64,000 nucleotides of DNA from Pavona decussata (taxonomy: Eukaryota): positions 806,001-870,000 of the forward strand of contig CDRNST010000095.1 of the NCBI GenBank assembly GCA_977016875.1, read 5' to 3'. Both the position numbers and the translations under genes were made by a program. The notes under the pieces are model-generated. The model had not been told where the DNA came from and ran no database searches. It saw only the letters and a program-made list of their open reading frames with translations. How positions within the stretch are numbered: the stretch's first letter is position 1; each line of letters starts with the position of its first letter. Positions 26,019 through 39,419 of the stretch are shown piece by piece.

Positions 26019-26580
26019 CAGCGGTTACCAATAACACGCGACCTACGGCATTCAAAAGAGTCGGATAAAGTTGCGTTTTGATGGACGTCAATCAAAGAAA
26101 AGCCGTTGAAATTATTTTGAATTCGGACAAGATTCCAAGGTAACCGTGCAAGAAACTAAGAGTTTTTACCTCGCTAAGAGAAGGTAAACTTTATTTAAAT
26201 TGATTCTCCAGCCAGACCAAGCGTAAATAAAAGTTATTTTTGAATTAAAAATTTCGATTTTCACTGCACGTGATAATTTGCTCGCTTGCACGCATCGCTG
26301 ATTTAATTGTCAGGTGAAGCGATTTCAAATGTTTCATAAAAAAAAATACGGCTTCGTCTAAACAATGCGCATTTTATAGATAACCTGCCTTGGAAATCAA
26401 CTTTTATAAAGTTTACCATCCGCCAGCGGATAAAACTGTCAATTTCTTCGTTCTGTTGCCTTAAAATGTTCTCAGAATTTAAAACAATTTGAACGGCTTT
26501 TCTTTGATTGACGTCCACCAAAACGCAACTTTATCGGAGTCTTTTGAGGGCGAAAGGTCGCGCGTTATTGGTTACCGCTG
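26019..26580. mobile_element. Tc1/mariner-type MITE
   Basis: ~100-bp TIRs (cagcggttaccaataacacgcgacc.. / ..ggtcgcgcgttattggttaccgctg) with TA on both sides. Confidence 0.88.
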
Positions 26581-27717
26581 TAAAGAATTAGCGAAACCAA
26601 GATAAGCTTCCTTTTCAGCATTTGAGTATGCGAGGATTATGATTTGGATAACATAGGCCACGCGATTACCTTTAGCGTCTTGTTTGTTCTTCCCGTTTCA
26701 ACTAACAACTATAACTGAGCTACGTTTTGAAAACTACAATTTACAACTGCAAAAGCAAGCCTCTAATGGGATTTACAATTGTAAATACCGTAGATAAAGC
26801 CACATGCTTTTTTTTTTTTTCTGCATGCTGAATAAAAACACCCTACGGATTTTACCAGTGCTGTTTTGCTATTCCGGTTTTCAGTCGCATTGCCGTTGAA
26901 ATATGGAAAACAAGTAAAGAGTATATAGCGAGCTTTGGACAGACACGAAAAGCTGTTTGTTTAATTGTTAATTACAGTCGGTATACATAATATCGCGTCT
27001 CTGTCGCAGCAACAGCTCGTAAGGCGGTAAACTCTTTCATTTACAGATTCAATCTCTTGGTCACGTACGCGTGGTACGCCCATCAGCTGATCGTGTCATT
27101 TTCTTTTGAAGGCGGCAAAGAAAGAAACAATAATAGTAAAAAAAGAATTTTGCTTATAGCTCCACAGGAAAGAACAGTTTCTTAAATTTTATTTGAATGG
27201 TTCGATCACTCTTAATTTCGAAAAATAAGATCCCCCGATTGCACAACATAACAGGACTACAAGAGACAAAAAGGTCAAAGTACTGCTTGACAGCGAGTTC
27301 CATTTGAGTTATCGTCCGGTGCAAACTCCCAAACCTTTTAGTAGGTATCGTTTTCAATAAGTTACTTGCACAATCAGAGAGAGATAATGCAACTTAATAA
27401 TATTGTTAACCCTTTAACGCCCCGCTATCAAAATGTATTTTCTTCCCACATTTGTCCATACATTTCTTATGATGTTAGTTTAGAGAATTTATCAAAAATT
27501 GTCACTCTGTTCCTAAAGAAGACTAGTGGTGCTATTTGAAATATTGGCTCAAACAAATTGCCCTGTCGGTCCTGTAATAAGTTTTGTTTATTGAGAGAAT
27601 TTGTTTGCACGTCAAGACATTTTAATCTTTGTTGATCGTTTTGTTTATTCTCATAACCTTCGTGTTTGATCAAGGTTTGACACAGTAAAGAGAACTTGTC
27701 ATTCTTTACTCCTGCGG

Positions 27718-28230
27718 TGCCAAACACGGAAGCAGCAGCCTGGGAAGAGATTTTCGTGCTAAAAGCAAACAACAATTTTCTCTCTGAACTTAGCTTGGCT
27801 ATTACTCAGTTTTCAATTTGATTTTTTTTTTTTAATTCGCTTGATCAAAAACATCCGCCGTTGCTGCAACGCAGAACACTGAGATAGCGAAATGTTAAAC
27901 GTTTACCATGCTTCAACGAGGCGATGGCTTCCTAAAACCTCTCGTGTAAGCGGTAGTCGAGAATTTCGTGAATCCTACTTGCAAGCCAAAACACGGAAGC
28001 GGCAGAGTAGGAAGAGATTTTCGTGCTAAAAGCAAACAACAATTTTCTCTCTGAACTTAGCTTGGCTATTACTCAGTTTTCAATTTTTTTTTTAATTCAC
28101 TCGGATCAAAAACATGCACCGTTACTACAACGCAGAACATTGAAATAGCGAAATGTTGAACGTTTACCTTCCTAAAACCCCTGTAAGTGTAAGCGGTTGT
28201 CGAGAATTTCGTGAATTCCTATTTGCATGC
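27718..28230. repeat. ~265-bp two-copy tandem duplication
   Basis: gccaaacacggaagc..gagattttcgtgctaaaagcaaac..cgagaatttcgtgaat occurs twice. Confidence 0.9.
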
Positions 28231-28469
28231 CAGTTTGCGAGATAGATACAGAACTTCGAAATCGGATCCGAAAACTGGACTACCCAGTCGATTTCCATTA
28301 TTGGTTCATAAATTTGAAACTAAATAAACACGATTACTTGGGAAATTTTTTCGTAACCGAGACTACACATAAGTTAGCTTTGAATCCTTAAAATGCTGAT
28401 ATCAGCAATCACAACTAATTAAAATCTAAACACCAACCTTATCGTGAACTGATAAACCCAACTTCAAGT

Positions 28470-28715
28470 ACCTTTTTGTTGTCACATTGGGCTATTATCG
28501 GGTAGTTCTTTGAGCCACTGAAAGCCAATTGTTCTAGGGTCTCGATTTCTCATAATTGTATAGTGGGCACGCATTGTTCGTTGCCATCAAATAATAGCCA
28601 ATCACGTCGGGCATGATAATTCCTTCAAAAACTCTTATTGGCTAACAACCGAAACCTTTTGTTTCACGTTAAGAGCTAACCCTGCTGATAAGAAGGAAAG
28701 GGAACAAGGGCAAGC
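28470..28715 (-). promoter_or_regulatory. Promoter-like module B
   Basis: CCAAT 28598-28602; degenerate TATA ~28563-28555; aaaaag|GTACTT at 28471; shared blocks aaactcttat and accttttgtttca. Confidence 0.5.
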
Positions 28716-28725
28716 CGGCTTTTCG

Positions 28726-28756
<31 letters not shown>

Positions 28757-31403
28757 TTGGACTTTGCCTTTGCCACTGAGGACATATAAAGAGGGTGTCC
28801 TACAAAAGGATTTCTGATAATTCGTATCACAAAGCATTCCGTTCAACTTCTCACGATCTGGGCGCATTGTTGGCTGACCCGACTTCTTGGAATACTTCCC
28901 AAGTACACTTTATGCTTACTAAGCCAAAACGTGTTTCCGTTTCAGCTCTAAGGAAAATAACTTCGATCATATGATTGTGTAACCTGTGATGTTGTCATGA
29001 ATAATGATGAAAATCGGCCTGATTCAAAAGGTCTTTAGCTCTGCCACAGATTTTTAGAAATCTCGCCGATTTAGGTCTAAGCAATCATTTTCTTTAACAA
29101 ATTGGACCCAATCAGCCCTATTAATTGGCATGCGTAAATTAGCCATAATAGCATCTAAAGGGTGCGTGCGTAACTCGCGCCCATTGTTTAACAGTGTGCT
29201 ATCGTTTCTTACTCGCTTTTATTCCTGCCCAAAATGTCAACAAGAGGAGGGAAAATGGAAGAATATGAACACTTTTCACAGACCCTGGCACAATTGCTGA
29301 ACATTTCTTAAACCTTTTTATTCTGGAGACGCGAGACCATAAAAAAAAACTAATCTTCAAATCACCGTGCTTGCTCAAGTAAGCTCTCATTTGAAAGTCA
29401 CGCTATGGGATTCTGTCCAAAGATTCAAAAACTAGGTATAAGTTCCTTACATCTTAGCTTAGTAAACAGCACCACAAGACAATAGTACTTTTAAAGTTGA
29501 AGGATTCAAATTGAACGACAAATCTATAGCGCAAAACTTTTTGCATCACGGCAGATCCAAAGAAGTTAAGTTTTTGTGCGTGCTTAAAGGTAATGCTAAA
29601 GTTATCGATTTTTAACGCAACCTGGCAGCAGTCTCTTGTTAAAAATTGTTATCGTGTAATCTACATCAGCATCAACTAACAAACCTAAATTTAAGCTCTT
29701 TGTTTTTAGCTTATTTTCTTACCAGGTAGTTTCCTTTAACCTGCTGGATATCAAGTCAGTGGCGTGATATGCACAGTCAGTGATATTCCAGATGTTTTCA
29801 GTTCCTGCCTATTAAGCACACAATCAGTAGCCAAATTGCCATTGCGTGTAATTGTTCTCAAACTCTAATCGATCGGCAAACAATACAAAATCCACGGTTG
29901 GGAAACTTCAGGCCGTGAATTCAGTCTGAAAAGCCAGAAACTAATTAATTTATTTTCTTCTTCTTCTTCTTCTTTCTTTTTTTTTTTTTTATTCCCAATG
30001 TATGAATTTAAGATAAAGCTATACAGCGAAAAATATAATAAGCAATTTGGACAAAACAAGATTACCGTCACGCTTGCAGGAACTATTTATTAGAAGTGGG
30101 AATGCTATCGCTGCCAAGAGTTAAGAGACTCGTCCGCAAAAATTTGTCGTTTCAGAAAATACTCCTAAGGAAGAGAAAATTAGTTTGAAGAAAGCAATGT
30201 GGTCGGGGCAGACAGATCGCGGTCTAGACATCTTATTCGTAATACGCGTGCCAACAGGCGTTAACTTGTTTACCGCGTTTACCAAAGGGAAACTGTTGTT
30301 TTTAATAAAAATGCAAATTCATTTGGCAATATCAAAGGTCTTTAGTTACGGGCGATTAATCTGAGAGTTTTCAAAAACGTTGGCCAAGCCGCGGTTGAAC
30401 ACACCTCAGAGTTACTTATCCAATATCCATAACAATGTACCTTACGGACGTATAAGTGTTTTTTTTTTTCTTCAACAAAATGTTTTCAAATTGGCTTAGG
30501 TGTAATGGCCATACAAGATTACTTTTATGTTTCATGTCTATGACAGAAGAGTGTTAGCGTGCAAATGCTAATTCAGTGTAGAACACGTGCCTCTACCAAC
30601 AGAGCAAGAAACTTATTCATTTTGGCCAATTAATTATGGAATGATATTCATTCCGCTCAACTGTTTTATATAGTTTTAGACTCTTTGTACATATAGTTTT
30701 ATATTTATCTATTTTCTACAACGTTTGATAAGAAATGGACCAATTAACCCCGTACTTCAATTCTGAGCGGCGTTCCTGTTTTGTTAAAAACTCACTCACT
30801 TTGGTTTCTTAGGATGCCATTGCGGTTAATTAAAATAGTTGACCGAGTGCAGTGGAACAACTCGAGTCGGAAAAAGGCATATTTTTTTTAAATAATTATT
30901 AGTAAAGAAGACTCAGTACATTTTAAACTTGAAAAAAGCGCGCGATAAAACAGGCATGAGTTAGAAAATAGCTAACTTTCATATTCAATGACTTAACAGA
31001 ACCGATCCGGCCTAGCTATACTGCGAACGAAAGCGGAATGATTGCTTAAGTCATGCACAGAGTAACTTTATTTCGAAAGAAGTTAAAGACTGGATGGAGA
31101 GCAGAATGGGAAAAAAATTAGCTGATAAGGCGTGAGCTTCTATCTTAAAATATTATACATGGATGACATAAATTGTTCCGCTGGCATTTCTTTGCCTCCT
31201 GCTCGACAGATTCTTAAAATTTATCGCGTACGTGAGCAATGACACGCGAGGAAAAGCATTGGGGCAAAACGGTGACGTTCAGGTTAAGGCAAGGGTTCAT
31301 GCTCTGCATGATAAGTTGTACAAGTCAACTGGCTTCTGTCAACAGTCTTCAACTCATTTGTTACACATGGAAGTTATTTTTCGATGCCAGCAGTTATCGT
31401 TAT

Positions 31404-31512
31404 CAGTATCCGAACTAGTAATCGGAAGGTCTTAGGTTCGACTTATGATACAAGCACTCGGACTTTGCTTCTTCCGAGTATTGCCTGTGTCACTTTGAAT
31501 AATACATCACTC
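31404..31512 (+). mobile_element. Degraded copy of the tRNA-derived repeat at 57660-57960
   Basis: atccgaactagtaatcggaaggtcttaggttcgact..gcactcgga..tgtgtcactt matches the reverse complement of ~57660-57770. Confidence 0.75.
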
Positions 31513-33103
31513 TTACAAGTTATCGTGTTATGGGCAATTAATGAGTCTCTGAAGTGTTGTCAAAATTCTGCGGTCATGTGCCAAACAAAACTTTGCTGAA
31601 AATGCGTCACTTACCAAAGATCGCAAAGAGCTGTTAAGTGTTTTCTTTTCTTGTCTTGAAATGCATTCTTATGGGCAAATATATTTCAGTTTTAGTGATA
31701 AGCTAACCTTTACATAAGTTTCTGGCCAACTGTGCGCCTTGTTTAGCTAGCTTTTAACTTAAGCGTGGCTCGATTTCTTGAAATAATTGACAAATATACA
31801 TTGAGTGCTTACTAACTGAGGCAATCACAAAGTAATACCACAGTCATTCTCATGTAAGTAAAAGAGTATGAGGAAAACTATATCAAAAATGGTATGTGGC
31901 GTCTTACGTATGACACTTTTTTCTTCTTCGTCTTTTTTTTTCTTTTTTTTTTTACATCATGAGCTTTTTCTTCGAAACGATAATTACACAATATTCATGA
32001 AAGAGTGTCATGTGATGGCGTTTGCCTTGTTTCCTATCACCGCTATGAGGAAGTTTAATACCAAACATGTACACCTACGCCTATTCATGGACCGAAGGTT
32101 AAAAATTTGTACCATTGATAGTAAGACTCCTGTGATTGTGAAGACGAAGACATATTGAGGTAACTGTAGAAATCAACCTCCAGTCTGCTGATAAAGTCAA
32201 ATATAAACGTACATAGATACAATATTCTATTTTTTCTACCGATCTTTGCAGTAAGCATTTTTGCCGCAAGTCAACCCCGCTAATGCATGATAACAAAACA
32301 GGAAGAGTAGTCAGAAAATGTGTGGCCTTATTCGTTGACTTTGTATACGACTTTCCTCTGTATATATTGGTTTTGTAGTTTAAACTAAAACCTTTTGCTC
32401 AAAACACATGCACAGCACCTAATTTTCCGGGTTAGAGCGCAGCGTAGTACCTAATCAGATTTTAAGGTGAAATCAGACTTGACGTTATAGCTTACGTTTT
32501 TTTCTTGAACTGAGGTATTATTTGTTTCGAATTCAGTCGGAATATTGTATTAAGTGCTCCCTCATTTGAAATATCTGGAACCAAAAGTTGTGGCATTCTG
32601 TGGATGGGCTCTTATGTCGCCCTTCCGCAAACGAAAATTATTGGATAGTTTTTCCTGGTGGGTGCTTTTGAGTCCCTGAATAAAATCAGCTTGCGACATT
32701 TTGTAATAAATGAAGACTACATGTACTTATCAATTTTCCGTGTGGTATCTTAAAATTAGTAGAATTTTATTTGTGAAAAGAATCAATGAAACAGAATAAA
32801 GCCCTTCCCTTCTCTCTATGATCCTTCAATTGAAAATCGAATCATAACTATCGGAGTGCTGGCTGAAAATCGCACAACTTATGTAATGGCTGATAAGTGA
32901 TAACACACCTGTTGCCAAACCGAGTGAAAGAAATTGGCTTGAACAATCACACACACAAAAAATTGAAAGTTGAAAATCGAAATTGAGTTGAACAATCTAA
33001 AAAATGCTTAGAATGCTGTCATGTACGGCAAAAACAAGTAATGTTTTTTGGGCAATTTCACTGAACGGCATAGTGAACTAACAATTTAAATCTAAAGGCA
33101 AAT

Positions 33104-33380
33104 ACCTTGTTTGCACCTTCGCTACTTATCTGGTAGCCGTCTTGAACCGTTCAATTCAGGAGGCTGGTGTGTCTTCGGCAAATGCTCTAGAAATGTCAGA
33201 TTAAAGGCTGCGACTTATCATTTTTATATAGTGTAAATTGTATATTGCACACCAAATATTAGCCAATCGTATTTAAGCCTAACAATTGCTTCTAAAACGC
33301 CCGCCGTCCATAGCTTAAACCTTTTGTTTCATTATTGTTAGAGCCGCTAAACATGCAGATATTAAGGAAGGGAAAAAGAC
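33104..33380 (-). promoter_or_regulatory. Promoter-like module C
   Basis: CCAAT 33263-33267; - strand CTATATAAAAA 33231-33221; aaacaag|GTATTT at 33105. Confidence 0.55.
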
Positions 33381-34411
33381 AGCCTCCTTCTCAACCATGA
33401 CGTAAATGAGTAGAAAAATATTTGAAGTACTAAAATTGGGAAAGCAACGACAATGCTAAACAGAAAAAAAAAATCGTTTTCATTTCTTAGTGTACGTGTA
33501 GAATTCGAGTCAGGAGTAAGTTAATTAACAAAGACACAAAAAGGAGAGAAAGCAGAAGAGGAAGTTATTTTAATTAAAACACGGGCCCAGCTTCATCCAT
33601 AAACATGAATGATGCCGTAACTCGTTCTTCATCGATATCGGCATTTTTTGGATTCCGAGCTGAAACATCCACAAACACATGTGTCCTCTCTGCACCAAAA
33701 AAATATTTGAAACAAAGCGATGCTGAGTATTTTAGACGTCCCAAATTGCTTGAACCCTTGATTCGTTTGCCGCATTTGCGAAAAGGGAACTTGTACCATT
33801 ACAAATGCAAATTAAGTCTATAGCAAAACAGGTGGAAGTTTGTGTTTTTTTAAATATATAAATGGAGCACTTAACTAACTTGGAACTTAGAGCTGTTTTG
33901 TAGTTTTGTTAGCATGCTTAAAGGCAACAATATTTGTTGTAATCCAAGGTGTTTCTTGCCGAATAATTATTGTTGATAATAGTCCTAAACCACTCCTTAC
34001 GAAAATGGCATGGGCTTGTGCTGACGAAGTAATAACCAAAGAAAACCACAAAGAGCTTCCGTTTCAGCGAGATGGCTATCTGTGACGCTGTTCTATTTAG
34101 TTCTATCACAATACAGCCTATTGTTCTTGAAAACCACAATAGCTTGTCAAATGGGAAGCCTCTTAAATGCTTTACAAAAAGAGGATACCGTGGGCAATGC
34201 AACTTGACGTTTGACACTTACTTCCTTTTTATTTATTTTTTATTTAATTGTTTAATTCTGGCCTGTTAATGTCAGAAACGTGCAACAGACTCCTTTCGAC
34301 ACATAAAAATTCAGCTTGACGATGAGCCAAACAAAGGAAACTGAATAATCATGTTTATTAATTCCTGTCGTTTGTGTCGTCTGGACCTAGATATCAAGTT
34401 AAATGTTTTAA

Positions 34412-34669
34412 AGGCCCACCTTCACCCAAGAGTCATTGCGGTCGTTTGTTTTTCTTTTGAAATGCGGTATTGTCCAAACGCGTGGTCTTATTGGCTGTAC
34501 GAGCTCAAGAGGTTCATACGGGTTTCCTCTACGACTCGTGCTGAAGGGAAAGACTATTCGTGATCGCTTATTGCTTTCTCACTCGACTCCCGCTCAAATA
34601 AAATAGGGGGGTTTTCATATTTGAAAACTGTTCCTCGGCGCGCAATACATCTTGGGTGAATGTGGGCCT
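34412..34669. mobile_element. Kolobok-like MITE
   Basis: ttaa-aggcccaccttcacccaaga ... tcttgggtgaatgtgggcct-ttaa. Confidence 0.85.
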
Positions 34670-35921
34670 TTAAACATTAATTTTCGAAAGGAGCCTATAT
34701 TACGTAATAAGTTCAGTTTGAAGAAACACGCAAAGAAGTCTGCGGAAGGCGCCTACTTCAATCGCAAAAATATTTTCCTAAAGTTTTTTCGTCCGCACAA
34801 AAACTGATAGTACGAACATCTTTACATCTGAACATGTTCGATTACTTATAATTGACGTTAATGCGCAAATAAGTGCCATTTTAAGTATTTTACAACAAGG
34901 AAGGTTTACGAAAATGTTCAACAGTTTGACTCCGTTTGCTGGGATAGTACATTTAAGACACCAAATTATCGTCTTCTTCAAATTACTGATAGACATTTTT
35001 AGATTCTTATACTAGTACCATTGTTCCAATAGAGCGTGCGAACCATTGTCATTTTGGCGAGAAAACAAGATAGTTGTCGTCATTTTACTACGAGTTTTCA
35101 GTTTGTGATAACAGGGTAGTTGTAGAAACAGGTCCTCGAAACGTAGGTGACCTGAACAGACTTTTTTAGAATCACAAGAGTGTTAAGCTATCATCATCAT
35201 TCGAAACAACTTGTTAAGTTCATCGCTCGCAGAGAGTAAACTGATGAAGCTTTCTGGGATATATCTCTTCTTTGTACTTCGTTAAAACCTTGAAGTCAAA
35301 TCTCGTATGTTCGTAGTCGTACCCTTACTAGGTCTCTACTGAATAAACAGCATCACAGAAAGTTCAGTTGAATGACTTCTATTTCAATGGTCATTTAAAA
35401 CGCCAAAAACAAAACAAAGCATTTTTAGTTGATAGTTGATTGAATCCAAATAAAAGGTAAATTGAGTGGTATTAGGCGATTGGCGTGGAATTAGGCTTAA
35501 GTATTTCCCATTAATTTCCCACTTCCTTGCTTTCCTTTGCAAAGCTTCTTAATCCTTCATCCAAAATTTGAAAGATTGCGAAACAGAGACTTAATATGCT
35601 ATTACCAATCATTGACAACACACACAACCCTCGACGGTTAAAAAAAGATATTATAGTGCGGAGGAAAACATGCACTAATTGTTTACAAGAGATCATTTTA
35701 CGAAATAAACTACCTCAGTATTTTATGTAACGTTCTTTTGTCACTTTGCATAACACTCGCACAGCCAGACCAAATGCCGAGAGAACGTTCTATGAAGTTC
35801 AATGGCTCAAAGGAATCTTTAGAATGTTGTTACCCTTAGCGATATCAAATTTATTCAGTCTTAGACGAAAGCCTAAATATCAATATCTTTAGTCGACTGC
35901 CAAGCCTAAGCAAACTCGAGT

Positions 35922-36215
35922 ACCTTGTTTGAACCTTCGTCAATCAGACACTTATCCTACAGCTTCCTTCAACTACTGAAAGTAAATATAATATTGCTTG
36001 AGGTCGATCGAGGTCAGCAATGTTCCAAGAGACTTAGTTCCTTAAGAGCCGTTCTGTTATTTTTAGTGTATTGAATATTAAGCGTTAGATCAATCAGTGC
36101 CAATCACATTGCGAGTAATTGCCTTAGAAACTCTTATTGCGGCGAATGAGCGATACCTTTTCTTTCACCTCGAATAAAAACAGCCTGTGTTTAAAGATTC
36201 GAAGACAGATAAGGA
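35922..36215 (-). promoter_or_regulatory. Promoter-like module D
   Basis: CCAAT 36100-36104; degenerate TATA ~36066-36057; gaaggttcaaacaag|GTACTC at 35923 (module C has gaaggtgcaaacaag|GT). Confidence 0.5.
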
Positions 36216-36787
36216 ACGTATAACATTTCAAACGCTGTGAGCAAGAAAGTAAATCATTACCTACATTTTCTTTGGCCGTAATCTAAACCCAACGAAAAGT
36301 TCCATTTCAAAAATTAAATTTTTAAGAAAGATATAAGGAAGATAATTAATATTATATAGTGCAAATGTTCGACCATGACATTTTTTACATTCATAATTTA
36401 AAGACTCCACAATAGAATTTTCAGAATCAACCAAACGATATGGTATACTGTGAAAGACCACAGTCTAGACATATTATTCTTGGCACATACTAACTACCTT
36501 CCACTCATTTACCGCAGTTGGCAAATGGAAAACTGTTTCAAATGCAAATTCAGTTGACGACATCGGCAAACGCTGTATAAAGACAGTTATTCTGCGGCTT
36601 TACACGCCCTAAATTGCTTGCGAAAAATGGGTATTCCATCCAACATCGCAATATATTTTAGGTTAAGTGTATATTGAGTGTTATTTATTTAAAGCTGGCC
36701 TCAGTTTGTTTTTCCCTGTACACACAGTGACGCCATCCACATGTTAAAAATAGTTGAGAGTAGTGGAGCGAATTTCAAAAACAGAAA

Positions 36788-36788
<1 letters not shown>

Positions 36789-36818
<30 letters not shown>

Positions 36819-36841
36819 AAGAAGAAGAAGAAGAAGAAGAA
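36789..36841. repeat. (AAG)n microsatellite
   Basis: Direct tandem repeat. Confidence 0.95.
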
Positions 36842-39419
36842 AATGAATTCTTCTTGCATGTGGTTAACTTTCACGGAACGTTCTAACATTGTAAGATGAA
36901 CAAGATTGGTTTCATTTTTCCATTCACTTTTAACTTAACTCATCCAATGAAATCAAAGCTTCTACAGGGACGCCCAAATTAAATGTTTATTTCGGTGGAT
37001 ACCCGCAGTTTTGTTTGGCAAAATTTCAGATCAAAATTTTCCGACAGTAGAAAACTAATTCCTCTCTTTCACAAGGCAACAAAAAGATCGAAAACCAAAA
37101 ACAGCTAGTATAAAATTCTGGGAGTAAAATTTGACGTTTCCTAAAATTATCTGCAAGTTGAACTTAAATTTTCTGCTAAAGCATCAGAGCATATCAATCT
37201 GTATTAGCTTGCAAACATATGTTTTAAAAGGGTAAGCAAAACCATCTGGGATCATATTTGCCTCTCAGCAAGACACAAAAGACATTGGTTTTTCAACAGT
37301 ACCAAAATTTCCAGTGACCTGTCGCTAAAGAAAACGCTAGTTTTTGTTCACTATTTAATCCGGCCGCATTTCCGAGGCACCTAATGTTTCTCCGAGCAGA
37401 TATTCTACTGACCGAAACGAGCCGTTGCGTGCCCATGTGTTACATTGTAATTCAGGAAGGATTTCGGTTCAAAATGGCATGATTTCGTGACTTAAATCGG
37501 CGTATTGTCTTTGTTATCTCTTAGAGGATTTCAGCAATCCAATAATTTAAAAAATCTTTCAATAGGCTTATAATGTGGGGCTTCAGAAATCTTTCAGAAT
37601 TTTTGTTTTATGTGAGACCACGGAGAAAAATTTAGATTGAAGAGTAATAATTATCTTACAATAACTGTCAAATTCCTCACGTGCTGATTGGCTTATTTAA
37701 TTTTTGTTTGTCGTCAATAAGAGTACGGATTGGTCGAGTGCAGACGGATGAAGAGTCGGAGAGCCGACGGCCGTGTTCTTGATATTTCATGAATCAAAAC
37801 AGAATCCTCGGAAATGCTTGAGATAAAATGAAAGAACTTTTGAAATGTGTCTCTGGAACGGAAACGTGAGCATGTTTGTTGAGGTTTGACCTGGAACCAT
37901 GAGCTGAACTAAACAATGGCTAGCGGATTATTTTGAGGCAATAAATTACTCAGTGGAATAAAGGTCAGTCTCCAAAATTCCAGTTCTCTGGTGTGTCTCT
38001 GAGTTGTTTAAGATTTAGAATATTAGTCAGCAAACCCTAAATCATCCGAAGTTTTAAGCTTATCGATAAACATTCGAATTCAGGTGCTGTGAATATCTCC
38101 TGGCGCAGCAAGTGACATTCTCGAACTATTGTAGCTCTACTCCAGTTACTTGCTGATTGAAACCATGTTTTGAATGATTCCGGTTTGAGCGCTTTTACGA
38201 GGTCAATATAAGCACCCCGGCGTTGTTAAATCTCATTTACCCGCCTGTGAAAGTAAAAGCAATTGGCTTAGAAGGAATTCGTGTTGAAGGAATAGATGAC
38301 AGCTTACTGAAAGCATAAACTTATTCTTGATAAATTATACAAAGCACGAAATAATCTTCTTACTTTCTTGTGGCTTCTTAGCCTTTTGAAGCATTTTACA
38401 TTTCAGTCCTTTGACAAATTTAGCGTGTATTTCTAGAACAATCCAGTGACGTCATGCAGAGACTTAAGGACAAATAAAGCATTACAGCATTGAAGAGTGC
38501 AAAAATTAGTTTGCTAGTTTAATTGAGGTTTAATTGTCAGTTTAATTGAAATTTAGACTATAGTCCCGTGATAAAAGCAACTGTTATCACTTTTTAAGTA
38601 TCATCTGTAACTATTTCTCGATTCAAAATTGTTGTGAATTTGGAAGCGCACAGTGCGACATTGTTCGATGTCTGTGAACTGTCATTATGAATGATATATC
38701 CTGACCTTGTTTCAGCTCTCATGGCATGAGGAAGCTGAATATTAAATAGCACTTATTTACCAGATCTATTGATTGAATTTACCGTAAAATGATTTATAAG
38801 CACTATTTACCCGGTTGCAAATTGCATTTGATGCACTTAATTCAACTAGTTTTGAAACCAAAGGCACGCTCTAGCCCTTTCCCTGCAGTCTTGCCTCTCC
38901 CTCTCTCGACGATAAGGTGATCATTTTGCGCGCAAATTGAAAGCGAAATTCTGTCATTACTAAGTGATATTTATTCGAGTGCTCACTCTACAGATTGTTA
39001 TTCACATGATGAAAGTAAATGTCAGCACGGTGTATGATTGAACAAGGTCGTGGAAAGATCAGGACAAAGAAAACAGATCGACTCAATGGAGCTAAGAGCG
39101 GAAATTGTTTGCGGTTTTCTTTAAATTAAGGTCCCTTCATATTGAGATAAGTGTCTAAATCCTCTAGGAGAAAGAAGTTCTGTTTACAAAACTATTTTTA
39201 AACTCTTTCGTTCTTATGTCTTGTTAGGTCTGCTGTTTTGGCGTGAAAAAAATTACCCGATATACCCGATTTTGAATTCTTCTGTTCAAAGTTTATATGC
39301 GTTCATTCCATGGAGAACATAATGACTCGCGAAAGACGTTGTCTGTCTTTCTAGCTGTTTCTTTATATAGACAGCTGCGCTAAGTGAAACGATCATAGGT
39401 CTTGCTATAAAAATCCAAT

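Noticed and set aside
29720-29815. Possible isolated - strand exon or hairpin
   Set aside because: No partner exons or homology; the stem is imperfect.
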